NCBI GenBank assembly: GCA_947628895.1
Contig: CANRBS010000004.1
Span: 1 to 57,362, forward strand
Length of the DNA stretch: 57,362 bases
Origin: an uncultured Bacilli bacterium
GTDB lineage: Bacteria > Bacillota_I > Bacilli_A > RF39 > UBA660
Reading direction: 5' to 3'
The position numbers and the translations under genes were made by a program. The notes under the pieces were generated by a model. That model was not told where the DNA came from and made no database searches. It worked only from the letters and a program-made list of their open reading frames with translations. Below, one piece after another: positions 1 through 10,003 of this stretch (the first letter of the stretch is position 1; each line of letters begins with the position of its first letter).

Positions 1-399
1 CTTCAACATATATATCATATCATATCTTTTCATATTTTTGTATTGTTTTATCACCTCATATCTAATACACAGCATAAAAAAATATAAAGATTATATAATT
101 ATAGTAAAGAATAAACCTAATATAGATAATTTAAATAATTTATTTGTTGAATCTTTTGATAATTTAATAGAATTAGCTATAATTAATAATACTAAAATAA
201 TTTTATATAAAAATAAAAAAGAAACTAATTTCTATATTATAATAAATAATTGTGTGTATATTTATACAAGTTATTAGAAATTAGTTTTTTCTTTGTACAA
301 ATTTTTAAATAATTTTGTCATAAAACCCCAATATTCTGTCGTTAAATGTTGTTGATTTATTTTTAAACTTATTTTATAATAAACGGTAATAAGAAAAAT

Positions 400-1062
400 A
401 TGCCCTATAAAAGGAGAAAGAAGGTTATTATGAAAGACAAAATTGAAGTAAATTTACAAAGTAGTATTAGAATTAAAGATAAGAGAAATACTATTTATTT
501 TGATCCATTTAAGATTAACAAAGAAAGACATGATGCTGATATGATATTAATTACACATGATCATTTTGATCATTTAGATATTGATTCAATTAATAACTTA
601 ATGCATGATGAAACTTTAGTAGTTGTACCAAATAGTATTATGAGTGAATGTATTAAAAAAGGAATTCCTACTAATCAATTAATAAGTGTATCTCCAAATA
701 AAAAGTATAATATTTTAGGTTACTTTATTGATACAATACCAAGTTATAATAAAAATAAAGAATTTCATCCAAAAGATAAAAATTATGTTGGATATTTAAT
801 TACAATGAATAATGAAAAAATATATGTATCTGGAGATACTGATATAACAAGTGAAAATAAAAAAGTTAAATGTGATATTGCACTTGTACCTATTGGTGGA
901 ACTTATACAATGGATTATACTGAAGCGGCTAAATTAATTAATATAATTAAACCTAAAACTGTAATTCCAACTCACTATAAAACTGTTGTTGGAAGTGATG
1001 AGGATGCTAAAAAGTTTAGTGAATTGTTAGATAAAGATATTGAATGTTTAATTAAATATTAG
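400..1062 (+). CDS. MBL-fold metallo-hydrolase
   Basis: THDHFDH metal-binding motif, later GDT and PTHY motifs; probable true start is ATG at 430 after an AGGAG/AAGG RBS. Confidence 0.85.
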   Translation: MPYKRRKKVIMKDKIEVNLQSSIRIKDKRNTIYFDPFKINKERHDADMILITHDHFDHLDIDSINNLMHDETLVVVPNSIMSECIKKGIPTNQLISVSPNKKYNILGYFIDTIPSYNKNKEFHPKDKNYVGYLITMNNEKIYVSGDTDITSENKKVKCDIALVPIGGTYTMDYTEAAKLINIIKPKTVIPTHYKTVVGSDEDAKKFSELLDKDIECLIKY

Positions 1063-1068
1063 GATATT

Positions 1069-1563
1069 ATGAAAGTTAAACACACATTAGATCCAATATA
1101 TGATAATAATTCAAAAGTATTAATTCTTGGTAGTATGCCATCTGTTAAATCAAGAGAAATAGGATTTTATTATGCTCATCCAAGAAATAGATTTTGGAGT
1201 GTACTTAAAAAAATTTATAATGAAAATAATTTAGAAACAATAGATGATAAAATTAACTTTTTACATTCACATCACATAGCTTTATTTGATGTGCTTGAGA
1301 GTTGTGATATTGATTCTTCCAAAGATTCATCAATTAAAAATATAGTTGTTAATGATTTATCACAAATACTTAATAATTCACAAATTAAAGTTATTTTTAC
1401 TACAGGTAAAACAGCATATAATTTATATAATAAATATACTTATCCAAAAACAAATATTAAAGCAATTTATTTACCTAGTACTAGTCCTGCTAATAGCCCA
1501 AAAGGCATAGATGAATTATTAGAAAAAGAATATAGTAAAATAAAGGAATATACAGATTTGTAA
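1069..1563 (+). CDS. Uracil-DNA glycosylase superfamily protein (DNA-deoxyinosine glycosylase-like)
   Basis: LILGSMPS...FYYAHPRNRFW and LPSTSPAN motifs. Confidence 0.85.
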   Translation: MKVKHTLDPIYDNNSKVLILGSMPSVKSREIGFYYAHPRNRFWSVLKKIYNENNLETIDDKINFLHSHHIALFDVLESCDIDSSKDSSIKNIVVNDLSQILNNSQIKVIFTTGKTAYNLYNKYTYPKTNIKAIYLPSTSPANSPKGIDELLEKEYSKIKEYTDL

Positions 1564-1625
1564 TTTCTTTTTTTATTGGATTAAATAATTAACTTATAAA
1601 TGAATATATTTTTATAGGTGATTAA

Positions 1626-2132
1626 ATGATTTATTCAATGAATAAAAAATATCCAGAAATAAAAGTAGAAAGAGAAAATATATATTATGCTAAATTATTA
1701 CTTGAAGATTATGCTGGAATTAATGGTGAACTTAGTGCAATAACTGAATATAGTTATCAACACTTTGATAAATTTAATGAAAATGAAATCTTAGCTAAAA
1801 GTTTATCTAGAATAGCAATGGTTGAAATGAAACATTTAGAAATACTTGGTAAATTAATTAAGTTATTAGGTTTAAATCCAGAGTATAAATATTATGATGA
1901 AAGTGAAAATGTTTATAAATATTGGAATAGTAATTCTATAAATTATACAAGTAACATAAAAGAAATGTTATATAATGACATTAGAATAGAAAAAATAGCT
2001 ATTGCAAATTATGAATATCATATTTCATTAATAAATGATAAATATATTAAAGAAATATTATATAGAATTATTGAAGATGAACTAGTACATATAGATTGTT
2101 TTAAGATGTTAATAAGTTGTGAAAATGACTAG
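1626..2132 (+). CDS. Ferritin-like / Mn-catalase-rubrerythrin family protein
   Basis: DYAG..GELSAI, EMKH, E..A and EDELVH helical-bundle ligand pattern. Confidence 0.75.
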   Translation: MIYSMNKKYPEIKVERENIYYAKLLLEDYAGINGELSAITEYSYQHFDKFNENEILAKSLSRIAMVEMKHLEILGKLIKLLGLNPEYKYYDESENVYKYWNSNSINYTSNIKEMLYNDIRIEKIAIANYEYHISLINDKYIKEILYRIIEDELVHIDCFKMLISCEND

Positions 2133-2156
2133 TAAAAATTTCCATTAATTTATCAC

Positions 2157-2194
2157 AAACAAATGTTTACATTTGTTTTTTATTTTGCTATAAT
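2157..2194 (+). promoter_or_regulatory. sigmaA-type promoter with palindromic operator over the -35
   Basis: TTTACA (2166-2171), 17 bp, TATAAT (2189-2194) with extended TG; perfect inverted repeat AAACAAATGT-TT-ACATTTGTTT at 2157-2178. Confidence 0.65.
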
Positions 2195-2211
2195 TATTAT
2201 GGTGATAAGAA

Positions 2212-3417
2212 ATGGACTTAAAAGAAAAACTTATTATTCTAGCTGATAGTGCTAAATATGATGCATCTTGTTCATCAAGTGGAAGTACTAGGAAAAATAA
2301 TGGTGGTATTGGTAATGCTTCTGTAAGTGGAATATGCCATTCTTTTACTAGTGATGGAAGATGTATTTCTCTTCTTAAAATTCTTATGACTAATTGTTGT
2401 ATTTTTGATTGTAAATATTGTATAAATAGAAGGAGTAATACCGTTAAAAGAGCAATATTTACAAAGGAAGAAATATGCAATATCACTATGAATTTTTATA
2501 GAAGAAATTATATAGAAGGTTTATTTTTAAGTTCAGGTATTATTAAAAGTCCAGATTACACAATGACTCTATTAATTGAAACAATTGAAATGCTTAGAAA
2601 CAAATATCATTTTGGTGGATATATTCATTGTAAAGCAATACCTGGAGCTAGTGAAAACTTATTAAAAAAATTAGGTAGTCTTGTAGATAGACTAAGTGCA
2701 AATATTGAACTTCCTACAAATGAAGGATTAAAATTACTTGCTCAAAATAAAGATGCTAATAAAATAGAAAAAATAATGTCTTATGTTAAAGATAATAGAA
2801 GTTCAAAATTTGTCCCAGCAGGTCAAAGTACTCAAATGATAATTGGTGCTACTAAAGAAAGTGATTTAGATATAATGACTAGAAGTAGTACCGTTTATAA
2901 TAACTATAAATTAAAAAGAGTATTTTATTCAGCATACATTCCAGTTAATAAAGATAAAATGTTACCTACTCTAGAAGTACCACCATTAAAACGAGAAAAC
3001 AGATTATATCAAGCAGACTGGCTACTTAGATATTATAACTTTAAAGTAAGTGATTTATTAAGCAAAGATAATCCTAATTTTAATTTACTTCTAGATCCAA
3101 AAGCAGATTGGGCACTTAGACATATGAATGAATTTCCAAAAGAAATAAATACTTGCTCATATTATGATTTATTAAAAATACCAGGTATTGGTGTTACTTC
3201 TGCCAAAAGAATTATAAAATCAAGAAAATTGTTTAAAATAAAATTTGATGATTTAAAAAGAATGGGAATAGTTTTAAAAAGAGCTAAATATTTTATAACT
3301 TGTAGTGGTAAATATTTTATTGATAAAGATAATATTAATTCTTCATTTATAGAAAGAAATTTATTACTTGAAGATAATACAAATAAAACCACTATAGAAC
3401 AATTAACATTATTTTAA
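2212..3417 (+). CDS. Putative DNA modification/repair radical SAM protein with C-terminal helix-hairpin-helix
   Basis: N-terminal LADSAKYDASCSSSG, GICHSF..DGRCISLLK, CxxxCxxC (CIFDCKYC), RENRLYQADWL, IPGIG HhH motif. Confidence 0.9.
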   Translation: MDLKEKLIILADSAKYDASCSSSGSTRKNNGGIGNASVSGICHSFTSDGRCISLLKILMTNCCIFDCKYCINRRSNTVKRAIFTKEEICNITMNFYRRNYIEGLFLSSGIIKSPDYTMTLLIETIEMLRNKYHFGGYIHCKAIPGASENLLKKLGSLVDRLSANIELPTNEGLKLLAQNKDANKIEKIMSYVKDNRSSKFVPAGQSTQMIIGATKESDLDIMTRSSTVYNNYKLKRVFYSAYIPVNKDKMLPTLEVPPLKRENRLYQADWLLRYYNFKVSDLLSKDNPNFNLLLDPKADWALRHMNEFPKEINTCSYYDLLKIPGIGVTSAKRIIKSRKLFKIKFDDLKRMGIVLKRAKYFITCSGKYFIDKDNINSSFIERNLLLEDNTNKTTIEQLTLF

Positions 3418-4182
3418 ATGAAAAATAAATCTGTATATTTATATGATGGTAGTTTTATAAATTTATTAAATTTAATTTATAAACTATATCAAAATAAAAT
3501 TATTCCTCTAGATATTAAAGATTATAATTATCAAGTTAATTTAATTGATACCGTTATAAATTTAAATATAGAAAATAATGAAAAAATAATAGATAAAATA
3601 ATTAGCAATTTAGGACTTCCTATATTTAATACTATATATAAATTATATTTATCAAGTAATGATGATAAAGAATTATTAATGTTTTACTTTTTTGGTTATA
3701 GTATCAAATATAAAAATAAAATATTTAATTTAAGAAATAATGAAATAATTACAAAAGTATTAAAAATAACTAAACATATAGGTAGTGAAAATCATAAATA
3801 CAAAGGTTTCTTAAGATTTAAAGAATTAAATAACAATGTTTTATATGCTGAAATATCACCTGATAATAATATACTTCCATTACTTGTTAATCACTTTAAA
3901 GAAAGACTTAAAAATGAACTATGGATAATTAAAGATACTAAAAGAGATATTATGGCTATTTATGATAAGATTAATGTTTATATAATTAATGCAGATGATA
4001 TTGATATTAATATAAAAGATTACTCAAATAATGAAAAACAAATACAAGATTTATGGAAAACATTTTATAAAACAGTATCTATTAAAGAAAGAAGAAATGA
4101 TAGATGTAGAATGACTTTTATGCCTAAAAAATATTGGAAATATATAATAGAAATGAGGGATGAAAATGAAAAAAGTAGTTAA
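3418..4182 (+). CDS. DUF4130 / TIGR03915-like putative DNA metabolism protein
   Basis: YDGSF N-terminus, H.YKGFLRF, LW.TFY..VSI.ERRN..C...FMPKKYW; abuts the radical SAM gene, the usual partner. Confidence 0.85.
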   Translation: MKNKSVYLYDGSFINLLNLIYKLYQNKIIPLDIKDYNYQVNLIDTVINLNIENNEKIIDKIISNLGLPIFNTIYKLYLSSNDDKELLMFYFFGYSIKYKNKIFNLRNNEIITKVLKITKHIGSENHKYKGFLRFKELNNNVLYAEISPDNNILPLLVNHFKERLKNELWIIKDTKRDIMAIYDKINVYIINADDIDINIKDYSNNEKQIQDLWKTFYKTVSIKERRNDRCRMTFMPKKYWKYIIEMRDENEKSS

Positions 4183-5692
4183 TGGTACTATATTAAGAGA
4201 TAAAATGAATGAAGCAATTGATTTACTATGTGATACAGTTAAAACTACAATTGGTCCAAAAGGAAGTAATGTTATTATTGATCATTCTGCATTTAGTCCA
4301 TTTATTACAAATGATGGAGTTACGATTGCTAATAACATTGAAAGTGAAGATGAAGTTATTAACACTATTTTAAATTTAGCAAAAGAATCTTCAATAAATA
4401 CAAATGATTTAGTTGGAGATGGAACAACTACTACTCTAGTATTATTACAAAGTATATATAAAAACGGGATTAAAGAGTTAAATAATATAAGCCCAATTAT
4501 ATTAAAGGATGAATTATTTTCATCTCTTGAAAATATAACTAATTTATTAAAGAACATTTCATTTAAAGCTAATAAAAAAGAATTATTAAGTATTGCTACT
4601 ACATCTTCTAATTCTTCTTCTATTGGTAAAATTGTTAGTGCCGTATACTCTAAAGTTAATAATAAAAATATGATTAAAGTTACTGAAAGTAATAATGAAA
4701 AAACAAATATTATATATAAAAAAGGATATATTATAGATTCACTTTTATCTTCTGCTTATTTTCTAAAAGATTTACAAAGTGTTAGTTTAAATAATGCTTA
4801 TGTCTTAATAGTAAATGATTACTTGGATAATGTCGATGATATAGCAAATATATTAAATGAAGTTATTAAAACTAAAACTCCACTTATAATTCTTTCAGAA
4901 GATTATAGTGACATGTTTACAGAAGAAATAGTTAGTTTAAATATGCAAGGAATATTAAATGCATATTTATTAAAACATCCTGGTTATGGATTTGAAAAAG
5001 TTGTTACATTAGAAGATATAGCTTTAATTACAACCGCTAGTATTACTAGTAAAGAAAACATTAAAATAAATCATTTAGGAAAAATTGATAATATCACTAT
5101 TAATAATAATGAAGTAATATTTAATTTTAAAGAAAATGATAAAATTAGCAAAAAAATAAATGAAATAAAAAAATTAGAAAATAATGACTTTAATAATAAA
5201 AGATTATCTATGTTTACATCTATGAGTGTTGAAATACAAGTTGGTGGTTTTACAACAACTGAAAAAAGAGAAAAGAAAATGAGGTATGATGATGCGGTAT
5301 GTGCTGTATTTTCTTCATCAAATGGAATACTTTTAGGAAGTGGAATTAGTTTATATCAAATAAGTGAGCAATTAGATGAAAGTACTATAGCAAATAAAAT
5401 ATTAAAAACTTCTCTTAAAAGTCCATTTGAACAAATTATTTTAAATGCAGGACTTGATGAAAATAAAATAATTAGCGAAATTAAAAAATCTAATTATAAA
5501 AAAGTATATAACATATTAAAAGAAAAATATGAAAATATTGATAATACTAGTGTAATTGATACTTATGATGTTGTTATTAATTCACTTAAAAATGCTATAT
5601 CAATATCATCTATGCTACTTACAACAACTAGTTTAGTAATAAATGAATATCAAAATAATTTAAATGAGCTAAAAGAATATGGTAATATTTAA
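4160..5692 (+). CDS. Divergent GroEL-like (Cpn60) chaperonin paralog
   Basis: TIGPKG, ITNDGVTIA and GDGTTT motifs; 510 aa; no GGM tail; no groES adjacent. Confidence 0.8.
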   Translation: MKMKKVVNGTILRDKMNEAIDLLCDTVKTTIGPKGSNVIIDHSAFSPFITNDGVTIANNIESEDEVINTILNLAKESSINTNDLVGDGTTTTLVLLQSIYKNGIKELNNISPIILKDELFSSLENITNLLKNISFKANKKELLSIATTSSNSSSIGKIVSAVYSKVNNKNMIKVTESNNEKTNIIYKKGYIIDSLLSSAYFLKDLQSVSLNNAYVLIVNDYLDNVDDIANILNEVIKTKTPLIILSEDYSDMFTEEIVSLNMQGILNAYLLKHPGYGFEKVVTLEDIALITTASITSKENIKINHLGKIDNITINNNEVIFNFKENDKISKKINEIKKLENNDFNNKRLSMFTSMSVEIQVGGFTTTEKREKKMRYDDAVCAVFSSSNGILLGSGISLYQISEQLDESTIANKILKTSLKSPFEQIILNAGLDENKIISEIKKSNYKKVYNILKEKYENIDNTSVIDTYDVVINSLKNAISISSMLLTTTSLVINEYQNNLNELKEYGNI

Positions 5693-5733
5693 ATAAATTA
5701 ATACTTTTTATCCATAATATTAATGGTGATATT

Positions 5734-7203
5734 ATGAAATACAAAAGTATATGGTTAGATAATGATTTAAATAAAAATATTCATAGTCTTGATAAAGATA
5801 TTTCTTTAGATGTATTAATTATTGGTGGTGGTCTTACTGGACTTAATACACTTTATCATCTAAAAGATACAAATCTTAATGTTGCACTTGTTGACTCATC
5901 ATTAGTTGGTAGTGGTGTTAGTGGTCACTCTACTGGTAAAATAACTTATTTACAAGAATTAATATATCAAGATCTAACTAAAACTTATAATAAAACCGTT
6001 GCTAAAAAATATTATCAAAGTCAAATTACAGGACTTAATAATCTTGTAAAAACAATTCAAAAAGAAAAAATAAAATGTGATTTAGATAAAGTAGATTCTT
6101 ATGTTTTTACAACTAATAAAGATGAAATTAAAAATATTAGAGCTGAAAAAGAAATACTTGAAAGTTTTAATGTTAAAGTAGAAGAAAGATTTGGTAATAT
6201 TGAAAATTTAAATAGTACTTATTCTATTAAAGTAAGTGATACTTATGTATTTCATCCTGTTAAATATTTATATACTCTTAAAAATATATGTTTAAAAGCA
6301 AAAAAAGAAATTTATGAAAATACTAAAATCGTTAATATTGAAAAAAATGATAATGAATATATTTGCAAGACTGATAAATATACTATAACTGCTAAAAAGG
6401 TTGTCTTTGCAGGACACTACCCTTTCTTTACTATTCCTTTTTTATCTCCACTTAAATTTAATATAGAAAAATCATATATTACAGCTTCTCTTAGTGAATA
6501 TAAAAAATATTCAGTCATTACTTCCAAAAATCCATGTAAATCTATAAGATTTCATAAAGATAAAAATGAATATAAAATATTTCTAACTAATTCAAATAAA
6601 ATATGTAATGAATTAGATGAAAAAAAGAATTTTGATAATTTAATTAATAAGTCACATTCATTAAATTTAAATCCAGAATATATTTGGAAAAATGATGATA
6701 TTATGTCAATTGATAAACTACCATATATAGGAAGATTAAAAAGTGATAATGATAATTTGTTAATTGCTACTGCTTATAATACTTGGGGAATGATTAATTC
6801 TTTTGTTGCAGGAGAAATTATAAGTGATATTATTTTAAATAAACATAATCAATTTGAAAATTTATTTAATCCACTTAGAATAAAAGGATTAAGTACGATA
6901 CCAAAGTATGCAGATAATATATTTAGTAATATAAAAGGATTTGTTGAAAGTAAAATTCAAAGAAATAAAAATTGGTATTCAAATAATGTAGAAATTAAAA
7001 ATATAAATGGTATTAATGTAGGAATATATAAAGAGAATAATAAAACTTATAAAGTTAATACAAAATGTCCACATTTAGGTTGTAGTTTAATATTTAATGA
7101 AAAAGAAAAAACATGGGATTGTCCATGTCATGCTTCAAGATTTGATATAAATGGTAAATGTATAAAAGGTCCTAGTAAGTATGATATTAGTTATAAAGAA
7201 TGA
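5734..7203 (+). CDS. FAD-dependent oxidoreductase with C-terminal Rieske [2Fe-2S] domain (YhfW-like)
   Basis: IIGGGLTG Rossmann motif, SGHSTGKIT, CPHLGC...WDCPCHASRF. Confidence 0.9.
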   Translation: MKYKSIWLDNDLNKNIHSLDKDISLDVLIIGGGLTGLNTLYHLKDTNLNVALVDSSLVGSGVSGHSTGKITYLQELIYQDLTKTYNKTVAKKYYQSQITGLNNLVKTIQKEKIKCDLDKVDSYVFTTNKDEIKNIRAEKEILESFNVKVEERFGNIENLNSTYSIKVSDTYVFHPVKYLYTLKNICLKAKKEIYENTKIVNIEKNDNEYICKTDKYTITAKKVVFAGHYPFFTIPFLSPLKFNIEKSYITASLSEYKKYSVITSKNPCKSIRFHKDKNEYKIFLTNSNKICNELDEKKNFDNLINKSHSLNLNPEYIWKNDDIMSIDKLPYIGRLKSDNDNLLIATAYNTWGMINSFVAGEIISDIILNKHNQFENLFNPLRIKGLSTIPKYADNIFSNIKGFVESKIQRNKNWYSNNVEIKNINGINVGIYKENNKTYKVNTKCPHLGCSLIFNEKEKTWDCPCHASRFDINGKCIKGPSKYDISYKE

Positions 7204-7206
7204 AAA

Positions 7207-7241
7207 AAAATAGGAAGTAATTTTTTGTTACTTTCTATTTT
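7207..7241. terminator. Bidirectional hairpin between convergent genes
   Basis: AAAATAGGAAGTAA / TTACTTTCTATTTT arms with one mismatch; overlaps the stop of the pilin-like gene. Confidence 0.65.
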
Positions 7242-8977
7242 GTTGGAGTAAGAACCAAACGAGTGCTACGAAGCTCAAAAGCAGTACCAGTATCCCTACT
7301 AAAATTGAATTGACCTGCAATTGTAGTATTAGTGTAGTTACCACCACGAGAAAACCAAGGAAAAGATAATTCAACAAAATATGCATAATCAGCATGCCAA
7401 GTGCTTATATTATAAACCTCTTTATAAAAAGGTCCCATTTCTCCTGTTGCATCTCCAAGTATTCTATATTTATATGACGTTTCATTACTAGATTTTGAAT
7501 ATTTATCTAAATATTTATTATATATTTCATTAGTTATTATATCGTCCATTCCACTATCTTTTGGATTTTCATCTATATATGAAGCCATATATTCAGAAGT
7601 TACTCCACTCATGTCATATATACCTGTTATATTTCCTGTTGTTGATGCAGTATACCCAGTTTCTGTATTCCATTTTGAATTATTTGTTTTACCTTCACTT
7701 GCATCTTTAGAATTTGCTGCATATCCTGTTAAACTATTACTATTATTGTTTATTCTTACCTCATCATTTATTCCATATTTTGAATGTGATAAATATGCTA
7801 CTGCTCCCCATTCTGTATTCTTCATCATATGACTATCTAAGTTTCTATTAAAATTGAATGTACTTTGAAAAAATGTTGAAACTGATTGATTTCTCCATGA
7901 ATATACATTCGGTTTTATTATTATTTTATTTTCTAGACTACTTTTGTATCCCTCTGTCACTTGTGCATTTGCTGTTGTCCAAGTAGAAATATTAGCATCT
8001 GTTATTGGTGCTGTTATGTCTAAATTTTGATTGTATCCTGTTTCAAATTTTCCTACCCAAAATCCATTTGAAGGTATTGATAAGAATGCAGGATGAGTCA
8101 TTAAGTCTCCAATATCACAGTCCCCAGTTTCCCCACTTATCATTGGACTTGCACACTCTTTTTTTATTTCATCATTTACTGTTGTTCTTGTTCCAAATTC
8201 TATCTCTATTTCTTTTATTTGACTTTCCGGTTTACTACTTTCTAATCCTTCATAATTTCCTAAATTAAATATTCTATAGCTATATTTTGGTATCCATACA
8301 AAATATGCCCTTATATCTGATTCAGCTATAGTGTCTCCTTCTTTATAATTAGGATTACTTGGCTTATCTACTAATATTACTGCATTTGCCCATTTCTTTT
8401 CAGTATATTTATACCACTCATCTTTATATACATCTGCATATGTTACTACTCCTGTATTTGATAACATTACTGGTATCATTGGAGCTTTTAACACTGGGTC
8501 AGTTCCATTTAATTCAATTTCTGTGTATAATACTTTTTCACCATCCACTAATAAATTTCCTTTACAATCTAATATTTGTGATTTTGCTTCACTTACTTTA
8601 TACTTTTTTCCTATATCTTCTCTTTCTATCCCTGTTGAATTATTTGCTATTAATTCATTTGCTTCATCTCTTGCCCTTACTTCTATTATCTTTCCTTTAT
8701 CGTTAAATTTAACTACATATAATATATTACTTCTTCCATCTAAATTTAATGCATTTGTACTACTATCAAAACAATTTGTATTTTTATTTCCAATAGACAA
8801 AGATACATATTTACTCTCTGCACTTCTCATTATATTTTGTACTTCACTTGTAAATGTATTTACTTTTGCTTCTCTAAACATTTTTAAAACATTAGGCAAA
8901 GCTATGATTACTAGTATTGCTAAAATAGCTATTACTGCGAGTAGCTCTACTAATGTAAATCCTTTTTTATCTTTCAT
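7235..8977 (-). CDS. Type IV pilin-like protein with large C-terminal C-type-lectin (FGE-like) domain, paralog 1
   Basis: Class III signal KKG|FTLVELLAVIAILAILVIIALP (E at +5); GFWVGKFE, EWGAVAYL, GIYDMSG, RGG and terminal RLVL motifs. Confidence 0.85.
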   Translation of the reverse strand: MKDKKGFTLVELLAVIAILAILVIIALPNVLKMFREAKVNTFTSEVQNIMRSAESKYVSLSIGNKNTNCFDSSTNALNLDGRSNILYVVKFNDKGKIIEVRARDEANELIANNSTGIEREDIGKKYKVSEAKSQILDCKGNLLVDGEKVLYTEIELNGTDPVLKAPMIPVMLSNTGVVTYADVYKDEWYKYTEKKWANAVILVDKPSNPNYKEGDTIAESDIRAYFVWIPKYSYRIFNLGNYEGLESSKPESQIKEIEIEFGTRTTVNDEIKKECASPMISGETGDCDIGDLMTHPAFLSIPSNGFWVGKFETGYNQNLDITAPITDANISTWTTANAQVTEGYKSSLENKIIIKPNVYSWRNQSVSTFFQSTFNFNRNLDSHMMKNTEWGAVAYLSHSKYGINDEVRINNNSNSLTGYAANSKDASEGKTNNSKWNTETGYTASTTGNITGIYDMSGVTSEYMASYIDENPKDSGMDDIITNEIYNKYLDKYSKSSNETSYKYRILGDATGEMGPFYKEVYNISTWHADYAYFVELSFPWFSRGGNYTNTTIAGQFNFSRDTGTAFELRSTRLVLTPTK

Positions 8978-9009
8978 TTTGATTACCTCTTCTCTATTTT
9001 TACTCCTTT

Positions 9010-9036
9010 ATTATAACCTATATATATATATATCAA
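9010..9036 (-). promoter_or_regulatory. Putative promoter with (TA)n tract in the spacer, paralog 1
   Basis: Minus strand TTGATA, 15 bp, TATAAT; alternating TA tract at 9019-9033. Confidence 0.5.
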
Positions 9037-9115
9037 GAGGCACTTTACTAATTTTACAAACTAACTTTGCTTAACAAACTTTTAATTATGGAAGCAAATA
9101 AAAAAGTGAAATTTA

Positions 9116-10003
9116 TTAAACTTCACTTATAAATATAGGTTGTCTTAAATGATTAGATTTTGTTCTTTCTAAATATTTAACCTTACATTTATATTTAGGA
9201 TTAATATAAGTATTATCTTCATTATAATTTTCAAATGGGCTTTTTGTAGATTTTAATTTCTTTAATTTTTGATAAAGCTCTTTTTTCTTTGCCATACTAA
9301 CTTTACCAACAAATTCAAATTTTTTATTTTTTATTTCACCTAAAACTAATGAAATAACATTACTATTCTTCTTTTCATTATATCCACAAATATAGAAGTT
9401 ACCACTTTTTAAATTCTTTATTTTAATCCAATTATAATTTCTATCATTTATTATATATTTACTATCTTTCTTTTTAGCAATAATTCCCTCTAGTCCAAGT
9501 TTAACTACTTTTTTAAATAAATCAATACCTTTTTCTTCTATATATTTATTTTTAATAAATACATCATTATTTTTATATTTACTAAGTATTTCTTTTCTCT
9601 TCATTAAATCTAAATTAGTTAAATCTTTATTTTCATAAAGTATATCAAAACATACAAATTCTACTTTCATTTTTTCACTATAAGTTTTAATAGTGTTTTC
9701 ATTTTTTAATCTAAATCTTTCTTGAAGTTTTTGAAATGATGGTTTATTATTATCAAATACTACTATTTCACCATCAAATATTACATTTTTATTAACAATA
9801 TTTTTAATTGATTGAAGTTCTGGATATAGATGTGTAATATCATAATAATTTCTACTTTTAATTATAACTTTATTTGGACTTGCAAAAACTATTGCTCTTT
9901 GTCCATCAAATTTTAGTTCAAATATATAATCTTTTGAGTTAAATGGTTTTTCTATTTCTTTAAGTAACATTGGAGACCATTTTTTATTTTTCCATATATT
10001 CAT
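9116..10003 (-). CDS. ligD: ATP-dependent DNA ligase (NHEJ LigD ligase domain only)
   Basis: FELKFDGQR adenylation motif, FDGE, FDIL, EGIIAK, WIKIK; follows ku. Confidence 0.88.
   Translation of the reverse strand: MNIWKNKKWSPMLLKEIEKPFNSKDYIFELKFDGQRAIVFASPNKVIIKSRNYYDITHLYPELQSIKNIVNKNVIFDGEIVVFDNNKPSFQKLQERFRLKNENTIKTYSEKMKVEFVCFDILYENKDLTNLDLMKRKEILSKYKNNDVFIKNKYIEEKGIDLFKKVVKLGLEGIIAKKKDSKYIINDRNYNWIKIKNLKSGNFYICGYNEKKNSNVISLVLGEIKNKKFEFVGKVSMAKKKELYQKLKKLKSTKSPFENYNEDNTYINPKYKCKVKYLERTKSNHLRQPIFISEV

Noticed and set aside
38-277. 79-aa plus-strand ORF
   Set aside because: No RBS or recognisable motif, with composition expected from AT-rich DNA; cannot be supported.
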